DNA of 63,399 bases, the filler included, from Dimorphilus gyrociliatus (lineage: Eukaryota > Animalia > Annelida), in the NCBI GenBank assembly GCA_904063045.1. It is 4 parts of 4 records of this genome, joined end to end, with 100 filler letters (N's around TTAATTAATTAA, not from the genome) between each part and the next. Parts side by side here need not be neighbours in the genome. Positions count along the whole stretch, not along the records: positions 1 to 28,619 come from CAJFCJ010000143.1; 3 more parts are not named here. One strand, 5' to 3'. Each line of letters starts with the position of its first letter. Position 1 is the first letter of the stretch. Positions 12,061-25,059 of this stretch are shown here, in pieces. The notes beneath the pieces are model-generated. The model did not search any database. It was not told the origin of the DNA and saw only the letters and a program-made list of their open reading frames with translations. Position numbers and translations under genes: made by a program.

Positions 12061-12756
12061 TCTTTTAATAAAATATACGAAATAATGAAATTTTTAAATT
12101 AACAGACTAGGCCTATGTTAAGTTCAATATAAAAAACCACTCTTGGGAAATTTTCGCAAGTGACCCCTATTTCAATAGCAGCTTCCCCTGTTAGAACACA
12201 TCTGAGCACAGAGAATAGCCTGCGGAGCTATATATGTATCTAAGCTTTCATGATTTATAATTGCAACATCAAAAATATGTTGTGTCTTTCAAAATTGCGA
12301 TATTCAACAAGCCCGATTTACATTGTCAAGTTGCCCTTTACTCAAATCCATTAGAGAGTAGAGTATAGAATGTATAATACTGTATAGAGTATTTTTAGAG
12401 GCAACCCTGATTGGCTGACAATTTGAACAGTGATTGTGATTTTTTTCTAAGCAACAAATCTATTTTAATAAGCAATTTTATGCTTAATTTTCCTTTTTTA
12501 AGTTTTTTATGTAAGCCAAAACTTTTTAAATCTGACTTCAATTATTTTTCAGCTTTACTTATTAAAAAACAGATATTTTCCTGTTACAAATCAGCCATTA
12601 CAATGATTACGAAAAAAATTTGTAAAGCGTTTTGCTACTTATTGAGGAAATGACTTTGAAATTTAGCAAACCACAATTGCTAAAGAGGAATTTTTTTCTC
12701 TATTTGTAACTTAGTTTTAAGTTAACCAACCAGAAAAAAAGAAAACCTTTGGCATT

Positions 12757-14772
12757 TTGGTAAAATGCTTTCAGATTGAGCTATTGAATTTACTTGACAA
12801 TAAACTTACAACATCTGGACTTTTGGATATTTGTCTTGGACTTTGTAATTCTATAAATAATTTAAAATCTCTTTTATTAGCATTTCTTACATTTGATGAA
12901 AGAATGAATAGATGTTTTGGCAAATTCTTAGAAAAATGTCATCAACTTGAAAGTATCATATTAGACGATAATTCATATTTCAGCAGAGAATTTTTCACGT
13001 TATGTTGTTCATTGAGCTCTTCTTCTCAGACATTGGCAAAACTTCATTTCAATACAGAGGTTTTTAATTCACAAATATCACAATATATTGTAGATCTGTT
13101 AAAACAATGCAACAATATTGAAAATATACAAATACATGTTGGCATTGAAGACGACTTTAAATCATGGTCTATATTTTCTGCACTCAAAGCATCAACAAAA
13201 AATTAAAAGAACTCAATGTTGTCTGCTGTGTTGATGTCCAAATGTTTGTCGAATTTGAACAACTTTTAAATAATTGTTCAAAACTTGAAAGTGTTTTCAT
13301 TCCACCATCAGATAATTTTACAAACAATGAACTGTTAAATGTTTGTCAAGGTTTGCAGAAATCCTGTAAAATTTTAAAAAGATTAGACTTTAGTCATGGC
13401 TTCCTAAGTCAAAATTGCTTTATAAATATTGGAAATTTCCTAAAACTTTGTTCAAACATTGAAGTTATTTTCTTGAATAATGATTTCTATACAAAAAATT
13501 CTATATCAAATATTTGCGATGGACTTGCAATGAATTCTTCCAATTCATTAAAGTCTATACATTTTGATTTATGCGGCTTTGAAGAAAACTCATGGACTCC
13601 TCTATTGAATTTATTAATCAAATGTTCAAACAGACCAACAATAGCTATTTTGGATTTTGATGAAAGTTTAATTTAATGAATTGTTGTCAATGTTAACTGA
13701 ACAAATGAGTATATCATCAAATACTATAAAAGAGATTAATTTGAACTCATTATATTATCATTCTGATTTTGTTGTTAGGCTTAGCATCTATAATAGAACA
13801 GCATAAACAAATTGAATCAGTAGAAATAGTTGATATTGCTGATGAAAATGTATTGTCAATTATATGTAATGATTTGGAATTGTCATGTAACCATGTTGAA
13901 AGTATTCTTATTTCACAATTAGAATGAATGATAATTTATGGAAGATAATTTGTGAGTTTTTGTCAACTTGTAAACTTAAGTCAGTAACATTTCTGAAGTA
14001 TATTATCTTGGAAAAAAGCAGTTTTAATATTTGGAAGGGATTACAGAATTCTATATCTAGTTTAAAATTTTTGGAATTTAGTTGCTTTAATTGGGAAATG
14101 AGTGAATATAATGATTTAGGAATGTTTTTTGGAGAATTGCTTCAACATTGAAATATTTAATTTGTCACACACTCATATTTCAAATGATTCCTTGTCAAGA
14201 ATTCTTAAAGGTTTAGAAAAATCTTCAAAAAATATAAGAATTTTAAACTTAAGTGAATGTTGTATTCATGATGAAGAGAGCAAAATGATCAGTAGTCTAT
14301 TGATCAACTGTTCAAAATTTCCATCAATAAATCTGAATGGCAGTAGTGCTATTAGAAGCTCATTAAACAATGTTTGTGAACAGTTAGAGAAATCATCAAC
14401 TCTTTTAAAAGAAATTCATTTACAAAATTGTGATATTACGGAGCAAAATTGGAATAGTTTGACACAATTATTGAGTAAATGTCATAGAATTAAAAAAATA
14501 ACGTTATCCTACAATGCAAAAAAAAACTTTCAAAAGTTTACAAAATCTGTTAAAAAAGTGCACAAAACTTGAATATATATATATATGAGAAGATTAATTT
14601 AGAATACTGTAAACTAACAAAGAATGTTTGTCAAAGCGTTAACAATCTATTATTAAAATGTCATTACCTTAAAGTTGTTGAACTTAGAGGGAATGAAAAT
14701 TTAATGAGAGACTTAAGTATTTCAGACAAGTTAAAAGTTTCAGCAAATACTGTTCATTACAGTCATTTCTAA
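12757..14772 (+). CDS. RNI-like leucine-rich-repeat protein, broken into several ORFs
   Basis: LKRLDFSHGFL, IRILNLSECCI, LKEIHLQNCDI, INLEYCKL repeats across five consecutive ORFs. Confidence 0.75.
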
Positions 14773-17015
14773 CAAAGATGGGAATAATGAGAATAAAAAT
14801 TATCTTTCTTTGTAGACCATTGTTAAAGCCTTTTTAATATTTGATGACCATTATATCTATAATATATTTTTAGTAACATTTTATCCATAATCAAGTGAAT
14901 GATTTATTGCATTGATGAATGAAGATATAGAGTAATACATTATCCTAAACCTAACCCAGAAGCTAACAAAATTTTCTCTATTTTGTCTTTGCTAGCCTGC
15001 AGTTCAATTTTAACAGATATGAATATATTCTACAGCTACATAAAAAATATTGTATGTTGAATAATCTAAATAATTTATAGACTCTTCGCTGCAAAACCCT
15101 CAGTTGATTGCAGTCTATGAAAAGTTGGAGAAAGCGATTTATATACATCAAAAGATTATTTTTGATTTGCAAAATAAACTAAAGAAAACAAACTGACATT
15201 CATTGATTTATTATCCTTATCATTTTGCACAAATATTTTTTTAAAAGCTTCCATATAGAACAGTTTGGTTTAAAGTCTTAGAGATGATTGGGTATAAATA
15301 CGGATAAGAGGATTTAATGTTGAATTTGAAAGAGCAATTGCTAGCATTGACATTAGAAGCCTTGTAAACTCCAATTTAGGATATCCTTTTACCCTGCTCT
15401 GATAATCAACAATTATCAATACAGCTGGTGTACTCCATAATAAGCAATTGAATATTAGTAGACTAGCTAGAGCTCTAAAACTAGTTCCTTCAGGCTCTTA
15501 AAGTAAGTGAACATTCAACACTTCAGAGACTATCCGTAGAGCCAGACTGCCTTCATTTTGAATTTTCGAATGTTTACAATATTAAATATTTACGTGTTTT
15601 CAAATATCAGTTTTGCATTGGTAGACAGAATTGACATGATAAAAAGACAAGAACAGATGTTGGACAAAATGTCCCCTATTTTGCATTTTTACCGTAACCC
15701 TAATTCAACAGTGGATAAAGTAATATCTGTTTTTTTGTCCCTAACCTACAGTTTTGCCCCGACATAAACTGAAATCAATAAAATTGAATTTTTCCTAACC
15801 CTAGAAAGTCCCAAACCTGGGAAGCTAACCACCATTTTCAATTGTGTAAAATGTTTTGTCTCGACCCTGACAGGAACATATGAACAGACAAGAGCTGAGA
15901 TTTAGGAAATTTCCATAAATGATTTTCACTTAAAGTTTTACAAGAAGAAAGTAAAAAAATGTAAAGATCTTTTCATTCACAAATGTTATACATTCAACAT
16001 AAACAAATAAAGAGGCAAACTACAATTCACATTTGTTGTGATTTCAATCATATAGTGGCTCCATCTGCCTATTATTCTAATTCCTACAAAAAAACTGTTT
16101 CTCTTCTCCATCATTTCATTTTTTAAGTATCACTGTCACTACTTTAAAGTGTATCCTAATATTTAAAAAAGTCAAAGAAGATAAAATCTTATTGCCTCAT
16201 CTTCTCCATGTTGACAATTGCTTTTTAACATCACAAAACTTTCTCTTTTAGAATGCATTTCAAATTGCATGTCATGTATGCACAATTCTTACAAACTACA
16301 ATATTAATCAATAGATCACAATGGGTATCACTAAATATGAATTTTAGTTGTTATTGTGATTTATTGAAATCTCCTTTGTTTTAGCAATGCATTCTTCATC
16401 ACTTCCATCTAGAAATGGAAAATATTCCATTTAGTCCAATTGTTTATGTTATACATTTTACTGTAAAATTTGTCATCAGTAACACCAACACAACCAATTT
16501 TGTAAAAGAAAACTTTGTGAAAATTTTCTATTTCTCCTATGACCTTCCAGGAGTTTTGAATTGCATTTTATTGGCAGAAAACCATCAAGGAAAAAAAAGC
16601 TTTTACAGCCAATATTAATAAGTTCTTGAATATTGTGTTGAAACTATTAAGTATTGTAGTAAAACCCATTTAAAGTTCATTGCCAAGTGAGTCATTTGTC
16701 TGAATTTAAAAATGATAAACACTTCTAAAGCGATAGAAAAACGGTATACTGGACAACTATTCAGGTATAAGACCTAATGAAGAACAAAAGGTTAGAATTC
16801 ATGGAAGTCTGCTGCTAAATATGAATTCAGTCAAAAGATTAAATCACTAATAATTAATTTAATAAAAAAAATCTTCTTGTTTTTTCTCATTTTCTTATTA
16901 ATAACTTGTTTTCATTTACATGAACACCTACAAGTATTTGCCGAAGTAGCAGTAGCAGTGGTAGTTGGTGCTGCTGTTGTGGTTGTTACTGAGCTCCTTT
17001 AACAGACATTTACAT

Positions 17016-17243
17016 TTAGCTGCTTGAATATAATGTATATACTGAAGATTCACTCTTAAAAGTGATTGTCGAAAGGAGATAGCAATATCCATTATTGGCA
17101 TAGTTAAATGCAGTGCAGTATGATCTCTTATTACATTGATCATGACATGATCTAACTGTTATTCTCATCCACGTTCTTCTATTAATTAGAATAGGTCTTC
17201 CAGAAGCTCTTGTAAAGTCAGTTGACCAGAATTTCTCACCTAA
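17016..17243 (-). CDS. PAN/Apple-like domain exon, followed by a Thr-rich linker, of an unresolved gene
   Basis: Manual translation SCHDQCNKRSYCTAFNYANNGYCYLL; VTTTTAAPTTTATATS at ~16930-16990. Confidence 0.5.
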   Translation of the reverse strand, partial: LGEKFWSTDFTRASGRPILINRRTWMRITVRSCHDQCNKRSYCTAFNYANNGYCYLLSTITFKSESSVYTLYSSS

Positions 17244-18744
17244 AAAGAGGGAAAAGAGCTCAAATTATTGGTCTTGGACTAAGGCACTCAGAAAAAAAAT
17301 ATTACCTAATTCTTGAGGGGTGCTGATTGGTTGAATAGGTCATAATTAAAAATTTAAAAACAGAATACTCATTGTTAAAAACTACTCACGCTTTAATATA
17401 AATTAATGAATCTATTGTAGATTGAGTTGTAGAAATAAAACTAACACATAGACAAGCAGCAAAAAGATTTTAAAATCTCTTTCTCTCTCTCTCTCTCTCT
17501 TATGCACGGAAAACAAATCTTAAAAAAAAATCTCTTCACATTCAATATCGATTTTAACACAATGACAAGTGGCTTGCAGTGGTCTTTTTATTCCAAAAGT
17601 CAACCTATTAAGTTTAAAATAAGTTGGAATTTGCTGGACTAGCAAGATCACAAGGTTTTGAACAAAATGAAAAGTAAATTTGTTTCATCCCTCAACAACA
17701 ATAAAGAATGCTTAGATTCAAAGTATGACGATCTGCTAGATAAGTTCTATCTATCCACCATTGAATATATTTGAACTCAATCAAAAATTGATACCATTAC
17801 TAAAATTCATTGCTAAAAAAACAGTTCACTTTTAACTATCAAACATGGCTGCCACTAATAATTAATTGAGATTAATACATCCTTAACATTAAAATAGGAG
17901 TCTGTAATAAAGGCTTAATACTATATAAAACAATCTACGATTGCAGGGAATCTTTCAACAATAAAGAGAGCTTTAATTGCAATTCAACTTAAAGAATTTA
18001 TCACTTTGAAAATGAATATCTATATATTGAAGGAATATATAAATTCATCATGATAATGGATCAAAATTCAGAATCACACTTCATCATTTTCTCACAGATT
18101 TTGAAATATTTTCCGTGAAAAGAAATAATTTAGTGTAAACTAAAAATGAATAAGAAAAATATGATTTGTTTAATTTAAAGAATAATTGATTGTATATTTA
18201 AAAAATGAAATATAATGAGTTTTACACAAATTTTTCAATTATTTTGCATACAATATCTCCAAATGATAATATATCATTGTTTCTACCAGCATCAGTCATA
18301 TTTGACAGACAATTTAAAATGATGAAACATTTCTTGTTCTCTTGCTATTAATAAAATTAATATCAATAGATTTGAATTTAAATAAACAATCAAAATCATT
18401 TCTTACATTGACAAATATATTTTTCATTTTCAATCCTCCACCTAAACAATAAGAATTCTCATGGCAATGCAAAATTTTTTTAAGTATTTCTTTCAAACAG
18501 TTCAAATATTCCAACAAGTCAGAATAAAAGTTCTGGAATTTGTTTAACTCATATCTAGGAACATGCAACATCAAAGAGTTTTTTTGAAAGCAATTATAAA
18601 ATTTGGTCACTGAAAAAAACATTTGATTAAATAATTTATAATCAAGAGACATAAAACATGCATTCAAATTCTCTTTTATCAACAGCAGCTTTCAAAACTG
18701 ATAATCTGGAAAGCAAAATGTTCAAGCAATAACACAGAAAATTC

Positions 18745-21000
18745 CTATAAACTATACCTTTTCAATCTTCTTTTCTCCTTTTTCATTTCAAAAATTTCTC
18801 TGATGTCATTTAATGAATAAAATATTGGATTTAAAACAGAGTTTATAGGTATAAATACAACAATAATGAATGAGAAAACATCATTGTTAAAGTGAATTTT
18901 GAAGATTGTAGATAAAACACCTTGAAAAGACAGGGTTAGGGTTACCCTGTAGAGTTTAGTTTTATGGAATTGTAGGAATCTTACTGAGTGCCGAAGTGGG
19001 AAACCAACAAATACAGTTAATGGATACAATGAAAAATGATGTTTTCACTGAGTGAAAAACTGCAGTCTGTTTACTTTTTGTTTTCTTGAACGACATTGAT
19101 TTAACTATGCGAAGAATGATGTTTAAATACAATACGAATATTACAAAAGTGATGAAAAGCGGTATAACTCCAAATATGATTACTTTCATTTCCCATCCTT
19201 CACTCATTTCACTTCTGATGTGCACATCAAAGCAGATGGAATGTTCCTTCTCGGTTGTCTAAACAGTTTGAAAAGAAAAAGATACGACTGTTTCAATTTT
19301 CAGAAAAGAATCAATGTACTTTGTAAATGATCAGTGAAAGACACGACAGTAAAAGGCAAATCAGAAAATTCAATATCGTTATGTGTCTTCTGCATCTAGT
19401 AAATTTTGACGCAGAAAGTGGATGCACAACTTTCTGGTGTCTCTCAATTGTTATAAACAATAGACTATGAATTGACATTAGTATTGAAAAAGACATTAAT
19501 GCTCCTAAAAATCTACAAAATAAACATCTCCTCCAAAATTCGTCATTTTCAATATAGTTATCTTTATAATACAAATCAACACTTGCAATGCAAACTAGAT
19601 AAAAAGATATCAGCAAATCTCCACTGGTTTTTGACAATCTGTACTCTTTGCACACAGATTTTCCCAAAATGGTTGTAACAACTGCCAAAATATTTCCAAT
19701 CAATCCAAATGTTCCAAAAATCCAAAATATTGATCTGACAAATGTGGAACTAAGCAGATTTGAACAAGTGAAAAATATAGATTTCGATGGAAAACACACT
19801 GCACTGCTATTCTGATACTTCCATACAAAGCAACACAACTTTAGATTAACATTGAAAACCTTGCCAATTCCCTTTAAATATTTCGCAACTCTGATGCTGT
19901 GCCTCACCGGAAATACTGTTTCATTCAGATGCAATTCATGCAGATTTGATAAAGATTTAAAAAAGTAGTCCTCAATGTGCAGAATGAGGCATTTTGATAT
20001 TTTCAATATGTTCAAGTGGTGAAACCCAAACATGCTGTCATTCAAATGACGAATTGGATTTGAAGAAATATCTAAAAAGCTCAGGTGAGTCATATTCAAA
20101 AGCGACAAAACTCCTGTATCAGATATCATATTTCCAGATAAATCGAGATGTCTCAACAGTTTCAGTTGATATCCAATAAAATGTTCATTTTGCAGTTCAC
20201 TTCGCTGCGATACTAAAACTATGAGATTTGGAAAAATATCAAACTTTTGATTGCAAATGGCTCGATTGTCAATTATTGACAATACTTTCATCTCGGCATG
20301 AATTTGTGAGTAGTTGAAGACTATTTTGCCAAATAGGGACAGTGCCTTGATGCTGGAACCTAAGGGAATAGCTAGGCAGAATTTCTTGTCTGTAGAGTTG
20401 TGAGTATTCTCACATTTGAACTGAAAGTCTGATAGTTTCGTACAATTTTTGTGGGAAAACGTCTGAAAGTTTGACTGAAGCTCGTCACTTCCTGCCAAAC
20501 AATTGATTATTCCGTCATTAATGAACTTTCTGTGAAGGAATAATCTTTGATTTTTGCACTTGAAATATCCTTTTGGTTTAAAATTTTCTTCAACAGTAAA
20601 ACAAAATTAAATATAATTCAAGTTTTCCTTATTTGCAACACAAACCACAATTCAACTCATCTTCATCATTCAAACAATGATTTATTCCATCACATACTTG
20701 TTCTATAGAAATACAAAATTTTTCTTTTTTACATAAGTATTCTCCTTTTTCACATGTGTTTTTTTGACAATCTTGTAGTTGAAAAAATAAATAATCTATC
20801 TTTGTTAATAAATTTCCATATGTGTTGTATTTTATAAAACAATTTCTTGTTAAGATTGAAGCTTTTCGAGAGCAAATTTCCACATCTTCATCAATGAAAT
20901 TTTCACAATGTATGTGACTATCACATTGAAATGTAAGTGGAAAGCATTTTTTTGAACATTTGAATTGATACTGTGTTCGGCAATCTAAAAAATGGTATTG
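18745..21000 (-). CDS. GRL101/LGR-like GPCR: LDLa repeats, LRRs and rhodopsin-type 7TM
   Basis: LDLa (CDGINHCLNDEDELNC), LRR (LRHLDLSGNMI, LDISSNPI), CSNLLS hinge, TM1 GLIGN, ITIERH, CWFP, NSVLNPIFYS. Confidence 0.88.
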
Positions 21001-21129
21001 GTGAGTTAAAATTTTGAATTGATAGTAATAAAGTTACTGGATTTGTTCGTTTTAATAAAATATTCAAGGAATGTCTTGGCTGTTACAACTTTGTTTTGCT
21101 TATAAAATGGAAAATAATCCTATATATAC

Positions 21130-22375
21130 AGTATATAAAGTAAAAATCTAAAATTCCCAGACACTGTAAATTTTGATAGGCTGAAGATTAAATATCTTTT
21201 TCTCTATTCTTTAGCAATGAAATATTAGGCGAAACTTGGATCTACAAAGAAATTTCTATGAAATAGTATTTAGATAAGTTTTTACATAATTTTTTTCATT
21301 TTTATTTAGTGTATATTTTCATAAGTTTTTTTCTTATTTGGCAGTGAGTCACATTATTCCAGACAATGGTTTGGTGACTAATATTTTTGCTACTTTTGTA
21401 TTTGATGACCTTCTTTCTCAATGCACATACTGATCCTACCCCCCATTCCAGCATACAGATTTGGTAGCAAGTCAGGATTTTTGTTTATAAGTTGGTAGGA
21501 GCATTTTTCAATTTTCTCCCATAGTTCATCTTCTGATTTGAATTGTGCCCCATAGTAAAAGAAATTTTTAGTCAGGTGCCACACATTTTCTATTGGGCTA
21601 AGATCAGGGCTCTTAGCTGGCCAGTTGATTGGATGTATGCCTATTCATCCTGAATGCCCTCCTGGTAACTCTTGCAGTATGGCACCCTGCATTATCTTGC
21701 TGGAAGATGTAATCTCACCCCATTTTATCTGAGATTTCTTCTATAACTGGGAGAACATCTTCAACCACAAAAGTAGAGTAGTTTTGGGCATTCAATCTTT
21801 TGCTTACCCTCCTTACCTCAAAAAACACACCATCCGAGGTTATTAGTCCCCAAACCATTACTTCACCCCTGCCCATATTTTTGTTAATCTCCTCTCTTTT
21901 TCCCTGTCATTTGTCCCAGCCCTGAAGTCGTCAGGACCACTCAATGAAAATCTTGCCTCATCCATAAATATGACTCTTGACCAATTTAAGTGTTCTGGAA
22001 TAGTTTGTAAACAATACTGTTTCCTTCTTTTGCAGTCATTGCTTCTGAGATCAACTCTTTGTCAAATTTGTTTATATCAAAAATATTGCAATTTCAAGAC
22101 TCTCTGAATTGTCTTCAGGCTTAACTTAACTTAACTTGGAAAATTAATTTTGTTGAAAAAAATTTCAGTTTAAGACATCTGTTTAAATGCAAAACTGGAT
22201 GTAATCCGGATGTACAGTTAATTTGGACTTACAGCCAAATAAAGAAAAAAACAATGAAAATTAATAAAAAAATTTTGCTAATAATTTTCACAAATATGAT
22301 AATTCTCTATAGTTTTTTTTCAGTATTACATAAATATAACTCTTTCTTCATGGAAATTGACTTTATATATATACA
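21130..22375 (-). mobile_element. Decayed Tc1-family (DD34E) transposon in an intron; ends approximate
   Basis: WSRVIFMDEARFSLSGPD, QDNA, WPAKSPDLSPIENVW motifs with frameshifts; degraded long TIRs (TTTTCAT..ATTTGGC.GT.AGTC). Confidence 0.8.
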
Positions 22376-22412
22376 GATTTGAGTGAAAGAAATATATATA
22401 TATATATATATA

Positions 22413-23501
22413 CAGTACTGGCAGTAAGTCACTGTTACACCTCAAAAAAATAATATTTTCTTGATTTTTTCTCTTTCCATACTTAAAGAATGAAAATGAA
22501 GGATATTATTATATTTAGTAATATTCTTCTTATCATTATAGAGAGAAAATATACATTTTTCATTTCAAATCTCTGAATTATTGATATTTTAATGTGGTAG
22601 GCCTATTTTCTATGGGAGCATAAGTACTTGTTACAATCACAAAAATTACTCTAAAAGAATATTAAAAGTATTTTTTTGTTCTTATTTTGACTGTTATTTA
22701 CAGGATATTATATTCTTTAATGCCTTAATATTTTGTGTGCATACCCTTAGCTTCTACAACTGCCCTAAGCCTTCTTTCCATTGTCTCATATAAGAATTGA
22801 ATTTCCAATTCTGAAATTTTATAAATTTCCTCTCTGAACATCTCCCACAGCTCATCCTTGTTTCTTGGCTTACATGCCATTAAATGTTTTTTGCATATGC
22901 CCCATATTTGCTCAATTATGTTCAGGTCTGGGCTGTTTGCTGGCCATGGATCCAGTGTTTCTACTCCCTTTCCATCTTTGGTGTCACTTTTTTTGGTCTA
23001 CCACTTCTTTGCTTATCTTTTATCGTTTTTAGCTCTTTAAATTTATTTTTTATATTTTGTACAGTAGTTGGACTACATTTAAAAAGCTTTGCCACTTTTC
23101 GAATGGACATTTCTGGTCTTTGAAGACAATTTAAGATAGAAATTCTTGTTGCTTCAGATAGCTTCACCATTTTTATTTTAAATTTGTCAACTGTTAGATT
23201 ACACATGCGCACACACATAAATGACCTTAAAATCTGGTTAAAAGTGACACTACTCAATGATCAGGGTAAATTTTTTGAACATAACTGATGCTTGTGCTTT
23301 TCCATAAATAGGCCTATCACATTAAAGTGATCATATTTCTGAGATTTTAAATTAAAAACATATATTTTCTTTGTATAATGATAAGAAGAATATTATTAAA
23401 TATAATAATATCCTTCATTTTCATTCTTTAGGCGCGGAAAGAGAAAAAATCAAGAAAATATTATTTTTTTGAGGTGTAACAGTGACTTACCGCCGGTACT
23501 G
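22413..23501 (-). mobile_element. Internally deleted Tc1 element with ~210-bp TIRs and TA target duplication
   Basis: CAGTAC(T/C)GGC(A/G)GTAAGTCACTGTTACACCTC TIRs flanked by TA; HTH (SIRKVAKLFKCSPTTV, RSGRPKK) joined directly to C-terminal WPANSPDLNIIEQIW. Confidence 0.92.
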
Positions 23502-24384
23502 TATATATGATTAATTATTATTTTTGCACATTTGGAGAAAAGACAGGAAAGAGTTGATTTATATTTAGTAGTATTCTTCCAATCATTTTAGTTTTTTTAT
23601 TTGAGAAATATGACTTGTTTATTAAAGAAGGACTGTTTTGAATAGGTACATCAACAACTGTAAGACTTGTAAAATGTTGCTAAAATAGGGTTTAAAATTA
23701 TTTTTATGTATTATTTTGTGCTTCACTTGAAAAGTTTTGCTACCTTTTTGCTTAACATACCAGGCTTTTGAAGGGTATTCAAGACTTAAATTTTGTTAAA
23801 TGCACTTAAATAGATTTGCAAATGCATAAACAACTTTAAAATAATATATAAACCAAAAAAAAATCAATAAAAAATGTTTTTCATGATGTAGTATTGACTT
23901 TTGGACTTTTACACAGATTAACACTATGTTATGTATTTGAATGGCTATCTTTGATATACAGATCTAGCACTTATTACTAGACTTGCTTCATAAAATTGAA
24001 TTACTACTGATTTTAGACCTGGCCCTTAAGTTTAGACACTATTACTATCTTCTACTATGCTTTCTCTATCATTGATTATTATTATAAAGGGATGATTTTT
24101 AATCAATTTTCTATTACACTATACTTATGGTCCATTTATCATATCAGTTAGGCTGATTGTTACAAAGTCCAGAGATCTATAATAATACAATCTAATCATT
24201 AATATAATTTGTGTTGACATTGAAAACTTCAGACTGAAAGAAGTGATGGTAAAAACTTTTAAAATTCTACAGTTCTGTATAAAAAATCATGCTATTACTC
24301 TGTTCAAGTAATATTTATCTCTATTGACTTGATTAACAAATTTTTAGTTTATGTTTTTATCATACATACTATGATGAAAATTGG

Positions 24385-24961
24385 AAACTAGCGCTTCTGA
24401 ACTCCCACAGATTTCGTCTGAATCATCAAAACAAGATTTGGATGCATCGCAAACATGATCCGATTGAATACAATGCCCATCATTGCAACTTCTGAAAAAA
24501 AGATATCATTTATGAAATGTTGATGAAGAGAGTAAAAAACATTGAAACATTTTTCCATATTTTTCACATAATTCTCTCTCTAATTGTTAAAAAAATGAAA
24601 TGATTAGTTGTTTTTTTCAACATTTAATTCGTTAAATAAACAGAAAAGTACCACAAAAAGTCTCGTCAGATTTGTCCGCACAATCATTATGCGAGTCGCA
24701 TACCAGACTGTAGTGAATTGTTTGATTATTCGAGTGACATTGGAATTGAATGAATGATTCTTCATTGCAATTCAGTTCATCTTCTCCCATTGAACAATCC
24801 AATTCATTATCGCAAACGTGTAGGATGTTGATGAAAATTCCATCATGACGACAAAAGAATGTGTTTCTAGGCCAAACGGTTGAATTAATTGGCAAATTCA
24901 AATGAATATATGGTGAAATGGATTGGCGAAGAGGATTGGCAAATTCTAAAAGTAATCTCAT
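24385..24961 (-). CDS. LDL-receptor class A repeat exons (probably upstream exons of the GRL101-like gene)
   Basis: VCDNELDCSMGEDELNC, VCDSHNDCADKSDETFC, VCDASKSCFDDSDEIC. Confidence 0.85.
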
Positions 24962-25059
24962 ATTATCGCTCTCTTAAGTAATTCAGCTCAAAAAATAAGA
25001 TATTCATACTCAATAAACTCTTTTGGCATATAATATAATCAAGTTTTTCAGTTTTGCAA

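Noticed and set aside
14945-15805. Scattered CCTAAC/CCCTAA words as interstitial telomere
   Set aside because: Only one or two units each, not arrayed, expected by chance
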